IMG/VR virus record: IMGVR_UViG_3300028800_000083
Length of the DNA: 64,000 bases
Reading direction: 5' to 3' (one strand)
Source of the DNA: a virus
Part shown: piece by piece, positions 18,239-27,293 of the stretch
How the letters are laid out: every line of letters starts with the position of its first letter
Position numbering within the stretch: position 1 is the stretch's first letter
Position numbers and translations under genes: made by a program
Notes under the pieces: generated by a model
What the model was told of the DNA's origin: nothing
What the model saw: only the letters and a program-made list of their open reading frames with translations
The model's database searches: none

Positions 18239-18421
18239 CAAGACGCAATGTTCGAGCCGAAGCAACAAGCCGCGGAGAAACTCAGCCACTACATCGGTGC
18301 GCGCGTCACCGACACCGAAGAGTCGTGGCTCCGCGCCGAGATGAAGCGCAGAAAGATCACGATGAGTGACTTGATGCGCCTCGCGCTCGGCAAGCTCTTC
18401 GTTTCCAAGAAGACGGGGTGA
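18224..18421 (+). CDS. small ribbon-helix-helix-like protein (possible transcriptional regulator)
   Basis: 65 aa. The C-terminal half, MSDLMRLALGKLF, resembles the CopG/RHH fold. Transcribed divergently from effector B; its start lies within the conserved motif. Confidence 0.4.
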   Translation: MIDVLQDAMFEPKQQAAEKLSHYIGARVTDTEESWLRAEMKRRKITMSDLMRLALGKLFVSKKTG

Positions 18422-18786
18422 CCTTGGCGATCGAGTGCAAGGAGATGCACGAGTGGGCGTCGTGGCGTGACGAGTACACCCTCGCCGACGTCGAGAAGGC
18501 GCTCGCGTTCGCCGGCCTCAAGGGGTGGAAGTTCGACCACTGGTCCGACGGGGACGCGCAGTTCATGCACCCCGGGCCGGTGACGTTCGACGACCTCGCC
18601 AAGCTGCGGGTCACGTTCACGCCCCGGAGCATGGTCGTCGAGGCGGTCGTCGACCAGGACGCGGAGGACGAGCGGTTGGTCGCGTGGGAGCGCGCGGGGG
18701 CTAACCCGCTCGACCGTGGCGCCACGGCCTTGATGGTGCTGGTGACGATGAGCTGGAACGAAGTCTCCGACGCGGGGGCCGCCTGA
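18418..18786 (+). CDS. hypothetical protein
   Basis: GTGA overlap with the upstream gene; 122 aa. Confidence 0.5.
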   Translation: MTLAIECKEMHEWASWRDEYTLADVEKALAFAGLKGWKFDHWSDGDAQFMHPGPVTFDDLAKLRVTFTPRSMVVEAVVDQDAEDERLVAWERAGANPLDRGATALMVLVTMSWNEVSDAGAA

Positions 18787-19388
18787 TGGCCGACGCGTGC
18801 GATCACAAGCGTCGGATCGGGAACCACCGAAGCTCGGCCCTCACGGTCTGCCACGTGTGCCGCGACTTCCTGTGCTCGACCTGCGGCGCCACGATCGACT
18901 GGTACGAGGGGCTCTGCTGCGCCAACCCCGGCGCGCAGTGGCGCTACTGCACGAAGCCCGCGTGCGTTGAGGTGGAGGCCGCGTACCACGGGTTGGACCT
19001 CGACGAGATGGTCCGCTGTCGGGAGGCGCTGCGGGAGAAGCGCGTGCTCAGGCACCTCCAGGATCGAGGGGGCCACGCGGCGTTTGACGCTTTTGGTCCG
19101 CGCAGTCGTGTGGTCGAGGGGTCGTCTTCCGCGACGTCCGTGACGGGCCAGGGCACCGCGACGAGTCGTCCGCCGAACCAACGCTTCATCGAGCCCGTCG
19201 CCTTCGTGCTCGACCCCGGCGAGGCGTGCTGGTGCAACCTCGGTAAGGATTGCGACGGCAGTCACCAGGTCTGGATCGAGGAGCCCACGAACATCTGCGG
19301 TTTCTGCGGCGAGGAGTTCCAGATCTCCGCGACGGACCCCCACTTCTTGAGTGGCCGCGGACCCCGCTGCCCGACGAGGGCGGCATGA
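18786..19388 (+). CDS. hypothetical Cys-rich protein
   Basis: 200 aa; multiple CxxC pairs (CHVCRDFLCSTCG, CGFCGEEF); start overlaps the upstream stop. Confidence 0.5.
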   Translation: MADACDHKRRIGNHRSSALTVCHVCRDFLCSTCGATIDWYEGLCCANPGAQWRYCTKPACVEVEAAYHGLDLDEMVRCREALREKRVLRHLQDRGGHAAFDAFGPRSRVVEGSSSATSVTGQGTATSRPPNQRFIEPVAFVLDPGEACWCNLGKDCDGSHQVWIEEPTNICGFCGEEFQISATDPHFLSGRGPRCPTRAA

Positions 19389-19624
19389 CGGCTGATCCGG
19401 AATACCGGATCGCCTACGACGTCGAGCGTCACAAGGTCGGCTGCGGCTTGGTCCAGGCCGCGCTCGGCGGTGACGTTCCGAAGGTGCTGTTCCACGATTA
19501 CTTCGGCGACGGGCGTGCTTGGACGGTGGCGGCGGGTGATTGTCAGGTCTACACGATCCGGCGGAGCCAGCTGCCGGCGCTCGCCGCGCGCACGCTTCTC
19601 GGACGCGAGGAGACGAGGGAATGA
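19385..19624 (+). CDS. hypothetical small protein
   Basis: ATGA overlap with the upstream gene; 79 aa. Confidence 0.4.
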   Translation: MTADPEYRIAYDVERHKVGCGLVQAALGGDVPKVLFHDYFGDGRAWTVAAGDCQVYTIRRSQLPALAARTLLGREETRE

Positions 19625-19782
19625 CCGACGAGGCGCAGCTCGAAGGTGAGCGGCTGAAGGAGCAGATTCTCCGACTGTTCCCAGTTTCCGGGAGGCTGCG
19701 CAGGATCTGTGACTGTGTCGGGAGGTGCGCTAGCGAGGGCGCCGCGCTGGTGTCCCGAGAGGCGGGGGCAGCGCAGCGGTGA
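19621..19782 (+). CDS. hypothetical small protein
   Basis: ATGA overlap; 53 aa; bridges to the helicase gene. Confidence 0.3.
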   Translation: MTDEAQLEGERLKEQILRLFPVSGRLRRICDCVGRCASEGAALVSREAGAAQR

Positions 19783-21182
19783 CGGTGACGATGCGGCTCG
19801 AGGAGCGTCCGTACGAGGCGAAGGCCGTCCGAGACCTCCGCGTCGAGCTGCCGGCGTACAAGCGGGTGCTCGCCGTCGCGCCCACCGGCGCGGGCAAGAC
19901 GGTGATCGCGACGCTCTTGCTCGCGGTCGAGAAGCGCTGGCGTCGGGTGCTGTGGCTCGCGCACCGCGCCGAGCTGGTCGGACAGGCGCGGGAGAGCCTC
20001 TTTTCCCTCGGCGTCCCGTGCGGCGTGCGGTGTGCGTCGTACGAGGCGCTGCATCCCGACCACGTCGATCGCGAGGCCCGTGTGCAGGTCGGCAGCGTCC
20101 AGACCGTGTCGCGGCAGGAGGTCTTCGACGTCGACTTGATCGTGGTTGACGAGGCCCATCGCGCGATGGCCGACTCGTACCAGGCGATCGCGCGACTCCG
20201 GCCCCGCGCGGAGGTCCTCGGTCTCACCGCGACGCCGCTTCGGATGGACGGGCGCGAGCTGGGAGACTTCTTCCAGTCGCTGCTCGTCCTCGCCAAACCG
20301 AGTGAGCTCTACGCGGAGGGTTACCTCGCGGAGCCGGTCACCTACGCGGCCGGCCCGGAGACGCGGGCGTTGCTTGCGCAGCGTCTTCGATCGGTCCGCG
20401 TCAAGGGTGGTGACTTTCAGTTGGACGCGCTCGGTCGTGCCGTGAACACGACAGACCTCGTGGGCGACGTGGTCAGCGAGACTCGTCGCCTGGCGCCTGG
20501 TGTGCCCAAGGTCGTGTTCGCGGCGACGGTCGCGCACTCGAGAGAGATTGCGGAGCGCTTCTCGGGAGTCGGGGTCCGCGCCGCGCACATCGACGCGGAC
20601 ACGCCTACGGACGATCGGTCGCGCGCCTTGGCGATGCTCGCGTCCGGGGAGCTGGAGGTCGTCTGCAACGTCGAGATCTTGACCGAGGGTTGGGACCTCC
20701 CCGTCCTCGGTGCCGTCGTGGTGGCCAGGCCCACGTGGAGCCTCGGGCGCTTCATGCAGATGGTCGGTCGTGTGCAGCGGCCCGGCAGCGGCCCTCCGAA
20801 GTTGGTCCTCGACCATGGCGGAAACGCCGACCGGCTCCAACACTTCCCTGGCGAGGACGTTGACTGGAAGCTCGCACGAGGCTCTCGAAAGTTGAAGAGG
20901 AGAGCACCCCCGAGCGTGCGTCTCTGCGTCGCGTGCTGCGCCGTCCTACGGGAGACTTGCGAGGTGTGCCTCCACTGCGGCACGGCGCAGCCCCGGAGCA
21001 CGAAGCGCCTCGTCGAGGAGCACGAGGCCGAGCTGGTCGAACTCGATCGTGCACGCATCGAAGCGCTGCGGAGGGGCGTGCGTCAGCGTGCAGAGGAGGT
21101 GGCGCGGAGAGTCGGAGCACCTGCGAGCTGGGTGGACACCGTGGTTGAAGCTGTGGTCCTGCGCGGTGGGAGAGGGCGCTGA
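19779..21182 (+). CDS. SF2 DEAH-box helicase (ResIII/Rad25-like) with C-terminal zinc ribbon
   Basis: Walker A APTGAGKT, DEAH box (VVDEAHRA), motif III TATP, motif VI QMVGRVQR, C-terminal CVACC..CEVCLHCG. Confidence 0.85.
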   Translation: MTVTMRLEERPYEAKAVRDLRVELPAYKRVLAVAPTGAGKTVIATLLLAVEKRWRRVLWLAHRAELVGQARESLFSLGVPCGVRCASYEALHPDHVDREARVQVGSVQTVSRQEVFDVDLIVVDEAHRAMADSYQAIARLRPRAEVLGLTATPLRMDGRELGDFFQSLLVLAKPSELYAEGYLAEPVTYAAGPETRALLAQRLRSVRVKGGDFQLDALGRAVNTTDLVGDVVSETRRLAPGVPKVVFAATVAHSREIAERFSGVGVRAAHIDADTPTDDRSRALAMLASGELEVVCNVEILTEGWDLPVLGAVVVARPTWSLGRFMQMVGRVQRPGSGPPKLVLDHGGNADRLQHFPGEDVDWKLARGSRKLKRRAPPSVRLCVACCAVLRETCEVCLHCGTAQPRSTKRLVEEHEAELVELDRARIEALRRGVRQRAEEVARRVGAPASWVDTVVEAVVLRGGRGR

Positions 21183-21187
21183 CGTTG

Positions 21188-22276
21188 ATGGGGAGCCTGA
21201 AGTTTGAGTTGCCGACTAAGCAGTGTCAAAACTGCGAGCGCCTATTCGAGCGGCGTGTTGATGAAGCAGCTACCAACTACAGGCGCAGAAAGACGTGCAG
21301 CTGGGAGTGTCGGAATGCATTGTTAGCTTCGTTGAGGGAAGTGCCTGGCGTCCCAGTCCCCGCCTTCCGAAGATGCGCTGAGTGTGGCGAAGACTTCGCG
21401 CGTGGTCCTGACGAGAAGGCGTCAGAATTCTTGCGGCGGGCGACGTGTAGTCGTGTTTGTGGGAGACGTCAGGCGGCCAAGACGAACTCGAAGCATAGCA
21501 GGGAGTTGTCGAAGGCGTGCCGTAACTGTGGGGACGTCTTCTTCCGGCAGCCCGGGATTTCGCCGGCAGCCTTCGCGCGACGTCGTGTCTGTAGTCCCGC
21601 GTGCCATCAAGCGAGCTTTCGGCTAGCGACAACGGCTGATGATCTTGAGCGTACTTGCGTCGTGTGTGCGGCGGTGCTCGTGCAGCGTCCCAAAGAGAGC
21701 ACCCGCGAATTCTTGGAGCGACTGACCTGCGGAGTCCGTTGTGGCAGCGGTTTGCGCAAGGCACGCCTTCCCAAGAAGCTTGTCGACTATTATGGCGTGA
21801 CGTTGGCCTTCACAGAGGTTGTTGAGATAGAAGGGAAGAGCAAGTGGGCTGTAGAGCGCGCGATCGATCGCGGCAGGATCCCAGGCGTCGGCTGGATTGC
21901 GAGCGCGCCGGTCGCAGCACCCAAGAAAAAGTATTCCGGCCCGTTGGTCAAGACGTGCAGTGTTTGCGGTATCCCGTTTCCGCGTACGCCGAAGAATGCC
22001 AGTAACTTCGCGGTGCAGACGGTGTGTGGCGCGACTTGCCAGGGCGTTCGCAATCGGCTGGTCGTCGATCCCAACAGGCGTTGTCTGGCGTGCGCCAAGT
22101 TGCTGGTATGTCGCGCGCTGGAGCCGAATAACGACTTCGCCAAGAGGCTTACGTGCAATCGTGCCTGCACGCTGGTGCTCAAGAAACGGGGCGCGGCGAC
22201 CCTGGGGCCCAAGGCGCGGATGACCAGCGCTGGCGAGGCGCGTGTGCTCGGCTCTTTGCCCCCAGCGTCGGATTGA
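21188..22276 (+). CDS. zinc-ribbon repeat protein (six tandem ~50-aa CxxC..(T/V)C..C modules)
   Basis: Six repeats of CxNCxxxFxR..(21)..TCSxxC (CQNCERLF..TCSWEC, CAECGEDF..TCSRVC, CRNCGDVF..VCSPAC, CVVCAAVL..TCGVRC, CSVCGIPF..VCGATC, CLACAKLL..TCNRAC). Lies directly downstream of the helicase. Confidence 0.7.
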   Translation: MGSLKFELPTKQCQNCERLFERRVDEAATNYRRRKTCSWECRNALLASLREVPGVPVPAFRRCAECGEDFARGPDEKASEFLRRATCSRVCGRRQAAKTNSKHSRELSKACRNCGDVFFRQPGISPAAFARRRVCSPACHQASFRLATTADDLERTCVVCAAVLVQRPKESTREFLERLTCGVRCGSGLRKARLPKKLVDYYGVTLAFTEVVEIEGKSKWAVERAIDRGRIPGVGWIASAPVAAPKKKYSGPLVKTCSVCGIPFPRTPKNASNFAVQTVCGATCQGVRNRLVVDPNRRCLACAKLLVCRALEPNNDFAKRLTCNRACTLVLKKRGAATLGPKARMTSAGEARVLGSLPPASD

Positions 22277-22301
22277 GGACGTTCCTGTTGACGTCTCCAC
22301 G

Positions 22302-22339
22302 GCTGCATTGACGAACAGCTAACAGGATGATAGACGTTT
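22302..22339. promoter_or_regulatory. conserved motif copy 3 (TGCATTGACGAACAGCTAACAGGATGATAGACGTTTGG), upstream of gene 22386
   Basis: A 36-nt identity with copy 2. Lies in the 110-bp intergenic region about 47 bp upstream of the AAGGACGA-ATG start at 22386. Confidence 0.5.
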
Positions 22340-22385
22340 GGCCGGCGCACTCGGTTTTACGAGCGCTCTACAAAGGACGACACGC

Positions 22386-23213
22386 ATGGCGAAGCAACAA
22401 TCCGACTCCACCGAAGTGCACATCGTCAACGTCGAGCGCGGCAGGGTCACCTTCCACCTCATCGGCACCGCGCCCCTACTGCACAACTGCCTTAACAACA
22501 AGGCCCGGCAAGAGTTGCTCCTGCCGTCGGGTCGCAAGACCGAGGCCGAGCGCAAGACGACGCTGAAGCACCAGCCCCTCGAGGAGTTTCGCTCCTCGAT
22601 CTACTTCAATCATCGGCCCGAGGGTCCGACGCTCGTGCAGCACCTGTCGAGCGCGTTCCGCGGAGCGATGCGCTCAGCCGCGCTCGACTTGCCCGGCGTC
22701 ACGAAGGCCGAGATCGGGCGCCTGCTCTGGGTGGATGGAGACCGCGTCGACATCTACGGCCACCCACAGATCGACATGCGGATTGTCCGCCAGGCCGGCA
22801 TGAACCGCACGCCCGACGTGCGCACGCGCTGCATCATGCCCGAGTGGGCGTGCGCGATCACGGTGTCGTTCACCAAGCCCCAGCTCAAAGAGCAAGCCGT
22901 GGCGAACTTGATCACGGCTGCCGGCCTCTACATCGGAATCGGCGACTATCGGAACGAGAAGGGGGCCGGCAACTACGGGTTGTTCCGCGTCTGCGCGGAC
23001 AAGGATCCGGACTACGTGCGGATCCGGAAGGCCGGTCGTAAGGTGCAGGAGGCCGCGATGAAGACGCCCGAACCATTCAACGAGGAAACGGCCGAGCTCC
23101 TGACGTGGTTTGAGGGTGCGGTGGCGGAACACCGATCCTTCGCGCCGCTCACGTCGGCGTCGGCGTCGGCGAAGGGCAAGAGGCGCGGCAAATCGAGCGA
23201 GGCGCCGTCGTGA
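22386..23213 (+). CDS. hypothetical protein
   Basis: AAGGA RBS then ATG at 22386 (the ORF-track start at 22338 is less likely). 275 aa, coding-like. Confidence 0.6.
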   Translation: MAKQQSDSTEVHIVNVERGRVTFHLIGTAPLLHNCLNNKARQELLLPSGRKTEAERKTTLKHQPLEEFRSSIYFNHRPEGPTLVQHLSSAFRGAMRSAALDLPGVTKAEIGRLLWVDGDRVDIYGHPQIDMRIVRQAGMNRTPDVRTRCIMPEWACAITVSFTKPQLKEQAVANLITAAGLYIGIGDYRNEKGAGNYGLFRVCADKDPDYVRIRKAGRKVQEAAMKTPEPFNEETAELLTWFEGAVAEHRSFAPLTSASASAKGKRRGKSSEAPS

Positions 23214-23680
23214 CGAGCGCGGAGCGGCGGGCGATCGCGCAGAGGTTGGAAAAACTGACCGCTCGCGGCGGCGGCACGCTCACGGCGGCGGCCGTGGTCG
23301 AGGACGCGCGAAATTCGACGAGCCCCCTGCACGCGAGGATCTTCGGGCTGTCCGACGCCGAGGCAGCCCACGAGCACCGCCTCGACCTCGCCCGCCAACT
23401 CATCCGATCCGTCCGCGTGACGGTCACCGTTGACCAGCGTCCACTGTCGGTCGTCGCGTACGTCCACGCCTCAGGTGGCAGCAGCAGCTACGTGCCCACG
23501 GCGCATGTCGTCGACGTGCGCACGCGTGGAGTGGAGACGCTCCGCGTGGAGTTCGAGCGCGTCAAGGCGGCGATCGAGCGCGCGCGCGACCTCGCCGACG
23601 CGCTCGGGCTTCGCGCCGAGTTTGGCGAGATGCTTGCTGACGTGAAGGCGCTCCTCGTGCCGCTGCGGCGGGTGGCGTGA
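23210..23680 (+). CDS. hypothetical protein
   Basis: GTGA overlap with the upstream gene; 156 aa. Confidence 0.5.
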   Translation: MTSAERRAIAQRLEKLTARGGGTLTAAAVVEDARNSTSPLHARIFGLSDAEAAHEHRLDLARQLIRSVRVTVTVDQRPLSVVAYVHASGGSSSYVPTAHVVDVRTRGVETLRVEFERVKAAIERARDLADALGLRAEFGEMLADVKALLVPLRRVA

Positions 23681-23699
23681 CCGTGACCGCATGACGACA

Positions 23700-24005
23700 G
23701 GTCCTCGGTAGATAAGGCGCGGCTTGGTTGGGCATGGCGAGGTAAGGCCTGGCGAGGTAAGGCTGGCATGGGGCAGGGCGAGGCCCGGCTTGGCGGGGCA
23801 GGGCTCGGCACGGTTGGGCGAGGCGTGGCAGGCAAGGCGTGGCCGGGTAAGGTCTGGTTAGGCAAGGCAAGACAGGGCTTGGCAGGCGTGTCAAGGCTAG
23901 GCAAGGCTCGGCTCGGCTCGGCTCGGCTCGGCTGGGCACGGCAGGCACGGTGCGGCGCGGCAAGGTTCGGCACGGCAGGCGCGGTTCGGCGCGGTTCGGC
24001 GCGGC
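23700..24005. repeat. ~300-bp G-rich tract with 5-nt periodicity (GGNNN)n, including perfect (GGCTC)x4
   Basis: ggcga ggtaa ggcct ggcga ggtaa ... ggctc ggctc ggctc ggctc ... ggttc ggcgc ggttc ggcgc. All six frames are open. Lies immediately upstream of the sigma-factor ORF. Confidence 0.7.
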
Positions 24006-25718
24006 ATGGCAAGGCTGGGCCTGTATTCTTCGCGGTCCGTCAGATCATTAGCGAGATCACTCTACGGTTCGCAGCTTGGCGCCTGGAGGCTTGCAACCTC
24101 TGCTAGGGTCGCGGCATGTGCGACGAGCGGCATGGTCCTTACTGAAGGCGCGCGCTTCGTCACGCCCCGCGTGCGATCGCGCCTCCCGCTGAAGCGTTCA
24201 CTTGCGGCGGTGGGTGTGGCTACGCGGCGACCGCTACGTCTCACGGTTCGAGGACTCGCACCAAGAGCCTTGGCTTCGCAGCAGCCGGCCAAGGGTGCCT
24301 CCGAAATGGAGATTGCAGTCGTCGGTCGTCGACCGACTGATGATCGAGACGGTAAGTCTGTCGCTTCACCTGTTTCAACTCCTGCACATGCAGTGCTTGA
24401 AGACGCAGTAACGCTTGGGCGCCAGCGCAGCGCCGCGGCCAGGGGATCGAAGGTCGAAGGCCGCCGTGTGAAGGGGGCTGTGAAAGGAGTTGCTGTGAAG
24501 GGCTCTCCTCAAGTGAGCCCTTTCGTGGCCGAGAGTATTGCGCCCTCGGTACTGGTCCCCCCGGCACCGCTCCAACTTCAATCGCGGTCGTCGCTTGAGA
24601 CTGCGAAGCCCCCCGCGGTTGCGGCGGCGACTGACCCGCGTGTCCAGCAGGCGGCAAGCTGCCTCGATCGCGTGTCGTCGAAAGGGGTGCTCTCGCCCGA
24701 CGAGGTGAACGACCTGCACCAGTCGATCGAGGTGCTGGAGGTCGAGACTTGGCGCCTGGCGCTGGGTTCCGAGGAGTCATCGACCGCGACACGTCGTGTG
24801 ATCGATCGGTACGTCGCCGCACAGGCGTCTTCCAGTCATCCGTCTCCGCACATCATCGCGCTGCGCTCGATCTTGGCAGCCCACGACGGCCACGGGATGA
24901 CCTGCGCCTCCTTACGCGCGGCCGACCTGGACCTCGAGCTGATGATGCTGGTGGTCGTCGAGCTTGAGAGGCTGCGTCAGGTTGTCGAGCCCCTGCGCCG
25001 AGCGCACGACGCCGCGCAGCGGCTGCGCGCACGGTTCGTCGCCGCGAACATGGGCCTCGTCCACAGCATCGCCCGCAAGTACGCCTGGTCAGCCACGCCG
25101 TTCGCGGACCTCATACAGGACGGCACGCTCGGGCTCATGCACGCGATTCCGCGCTTCGACCGTGCGAAGGGCTTCCGTTTCTCGACGTACGCGTTGAATT
25201 GGATCCGTCAGGGGATCGTGCGGCAACTCCACGATTGTGGAGAGAACGTGCGTATCCCCGTCCACGCGCACGAGAGCTTGTACAAGATCAACAAAGCTCG
25301 TTCGCATCTTCGCGCGCAGCACGGGCACGATCCATCGGACGCCGAACTCAGTGCAGCGACGGGCATCAAGGTCGACGTGATCCAGAAGCTCGGCAAGGGG
25401 ATCGTCGGGGAAGCACGCATGTCGCCCGAGGTGACCGATCGCCTGTTCGGCAAGCTGCCCGACGCGGCAGAGTCCGCGGTGGATGTGTTAATCGCGGGCC
25501 AAGACCGTGCGGTCTTGCACGCCGCGATCGCCAAGCTGGCCCCACGCGAGCGCCTCGTGGTCGAGCGGCTGTACGGGTTTGTTGATGACGGCGAGGGGTG
25601 CACGCTCAGGGAGGTTGGCGAGGACGAGGGTGTGTCACGCGAGCGCATTCGACAGATCCAGGCGGCGGCGATCGCGAAACTGCGCAAGTTCCTGCTAGCG
25701 TCGGGAGCACGCGGATGA
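24006..25718 (+). CDS. sigma-70 family RNA polymerase sigma factor (RpoD-like) with long low-complexity N-terminal extension; true start uncertain (possibly 24306)
   Basis: Region 2 reads DLIQDGTLGLMHAIPRFDRAKGFRFSTYALNWIRQGI. Region 4 reads LREVGEDEGVSRERIRQIQAAAIAKLRK. The first ~300 aa are Ala/Ser/Val-rich low complexity. Confidence 0.8.
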   Translation: MARLGLYSSRSVRSLARSLYGSQLGAWRLATSARVAACATSGMVLTEGARFVTPRVRSRLPLKRSLAAVGVATRRPLRLTVRGLAPRALASQQPAKGASEMEIAVVGRRPTDDRDGKSVASPVSTPAHAVLEDAVTLGRQRSAAARGSKVEGRRVKGAVKGVAVKGSPQVSPFVAESIAPSVLVPPAPLQLQSRSSLETAKPPAVAAATDPRVQQAASCLDRVSSKGVLSPDEVNDLHQSIEVLEVETWRLALGSEESSTATRRVIDRYVAAQASSSHPSPHIIALRSILAAHDGHGMTCASLRAADLDLELMMLVVVELERLRQVVEPLRRAHDAAQRLRARFVAANMGLVHSIARKYAWSATPFADLIQDGTLGLMHAIPRFDRAKGFRFSTYALNWIRQGIVRQLHDCGENVRIPVHAHESLYKINKARSHLRAQHGHDPSDAELSAATGIKVDVIQKLGKGIVGEARMSPEVTDRLFGKLPDAAESAVDVLIAGQDRAVLHAAIAKLAPRERLVVERLYGFVDDGEGCTLREVGEDEGVSRERIRQIQAAAIAKLRKFLLASGARG

Positions 25719-26386
25719 GGTCCGTCGTCGTCACTGGCTACGTCGAGATCCCAGACCACCCTCGTGGTCGGGAGGAGTACGAGGGCCTCGGCGCGCGGCT
25801 CGCTGACCTGCGCGCCGCGCCGGTGAGCCTCGCCCGGTGCGCGCTCGACGAGTGCTGGCTGGACGTGCACGCCCGCGGCGTGGGCGTCCGGGCCGCCGAC
25901 GGGGGCGACCCCGCGAAGAACTCGCTCGCCTACCACAGCGTCCAGCACCAGAAGACGGCTTGGTTGGCGGAGGCCGCGGAGGCGTACCCGTGGGCGGAGG
26001 TCATGGTCTGGGTTGACTACGGGATCTTCCACCAGCCCGGCATCACCGTGGAGGTCCTCGACGCCTTCCTGCGCCGCGTCCGTCCCGATGAAGAGGTCGC
26101 GATCCCCGGCGCGTGGGAGCGCGCGGACGTCGCTGCCTCCGTCTCCGCCTCCGCAGAGTACCCGGACTGGCGCTTCCTGGGGTCGTCCCTCGTCGTCGCG
26201 CGCCAGCTCGCCGAGCCGTTCCACGACGCCGTCCGCGCGGTGACGCTCGCGCGGCTCTCCCGCGATCGCCTGGTGACGTGGGAGGTGAACGACTGGGCGG
26301 AGGTCGAGCGGCGGGGGACCGTGCCCATCCGGTGGTACCAGGCCGACCATGACCACACGCAGTTCACGAGCTACCCAGACGCATGA
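25715..26386 (+). CDS. hypothetical protein
   Basis: ATGA overlap with the sigma factor stop; 223 aa. Confidence 0.5.
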   Translation: MRSVVVTGYVEIPDHPRGREEYEGLGARLADLRAAPVSLARCALDECWLDVHARGVGVRAADGGDPAKNSLAYHSVQHQKTAWLAEAAEAYPWAEVMVWVDYGIFHQPGITVEVLDAFLRRVRPDEEVAIPGAWERADVAASVSASAEYPDWRFLGSSLVVARQLAEPFHDAVRAVTLARLSRDRLVTWEVNDWAEVERRGTVPIRWYQADHDHTQFTSYPDA

Positions 26387-27033
26387 AGGTCGCGGTCTAC
26401 ACGGCGATCACTGCGGGCAGGGACTCCGTCAAGGATCCGCCGGTCCACGAGGGCGTCGACCGGATCTTGTTCACCGACCGACCGCGCGACCAGCTCGGGC
26501 CCACCGTCTGGGACGCGCGGCCGGCGTGCGCGCTCTTCACCGACCCGCGGCGGAACTCGCGGGCGCACAAGATCCTCGCGCATCAGTACCTCGACGAGTA
26601 CGACTACTCGCTGTGGATCGACGGATCGGTCTGGCTCCGCGCGTCGCCGCGCACGCTCGTCGCCGCGCACCTGCTCGACGCGGACGTGGCGATGTTCAGG
26701 CACCCGGCGCGCAGCTGCCTCTACGTGGAGGCGGCTGGTCTCGCGGGCGCGGGGTACGACGCCGCCGAGACGTTCGCCGACCAGGTCGCGAAGTACCGTC
26801 GAGTCGGTTACCCGGCCGACAACGGCCTCAACGAGTGCGCGGTGATCCTCCGGCGGCACAACGCGCGTACGGCCGCGTTCAACGACGCCTGGTGGTCGGA
26901 GTATTGCCGGCACTCCTGCCGCGACCAGGTGAGCGTGAACTACGTCGCTCGATCGACCGGCGTTCGCCTGGCGCTCTTGCCGGGCACCGTCCAGGACAAC
27001 CCGGGGATCGTCTACTACGAGGGGCACCTGTGA
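26383..27033 (+). CDS. hypothetical protein, possible DUF616/TOD1-like glycosyltransferase fold
   Basis: Start overlaps the upstream stop. N-terminal MKVAVYTAITAGRD resembles the YTAIxGxYD signature. The family assignment is tentative. Confidence 0.5.
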   Translation: MKVAVYTAITAGRDSVKDPPVHEGVDRILFTDRPRDQLGPTVWDARPACALFTDPRRNSRAHKILAHQYLDEYDYSLWIDGSVWLRASPRTLVAAHLLDADVAMFRHPARSCLYVEAAGLAGAGYDAAETFADQVAKYRRVGYPADNGLNECAVILRRHNARTAAFNDAWWSEYCRHSCRDQVSVNYVARSTGVRLALLPGTVQDNPGIVYYEGHL

Positions 27034-27293
27034 TCAAACCGTGGCGCTGGATCGATCGGACGGGCGGCTTCTCGATCCGTGGTGGCCGGTGGGAGCTGGT
27101 CGACGGGCGCGGACGCGATCGGGCAACGATCTGGGAGAATGCGGCCGACCGCTTCACGTGGCACACGTGGGACGAGCAGGGTACCGGTGGCGAGAACGAC
27201 GTGGCCGTGTCGCTCGACGACGCCAAGCGCCACTGCGTCGCGGCGATCGTGCTCCAGGGCTGGGCGCCGGGTGGCTGGGAGGTGAGGTGGTGA
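27030..27293 (+). CDS. hypothetical small protein
   Basis: GTG at 27030 in a GTGA overlap; 87 aa. Confidence 0.4.
   Translation: MIKPWRWIDRTGGFSIRGGRWELVDGRGRDRATIWENAADRFTWHTWDEQGTGGENDVAVSLDDAKRHCVAAIVLQGWAPGGWEVRW

Noticed and set aside
18357-20843. 828-aa minus-strand ORF
   Set aside because: Arg/Pro/Ala-rich, with no motifs. It overlaps the plus-strand helicase and several coupled plus-strand genes that have clear motifs.
23768-24106. Pentapeptide-repeat-like ORF (GKARLGSARLGWARQ...)
   Set aside because: The 5-aa periodicity follows directly from the 5-nt DNA periodicity. All six frames are open, and it overlaps the 5' end of the sigma-factor ORF.
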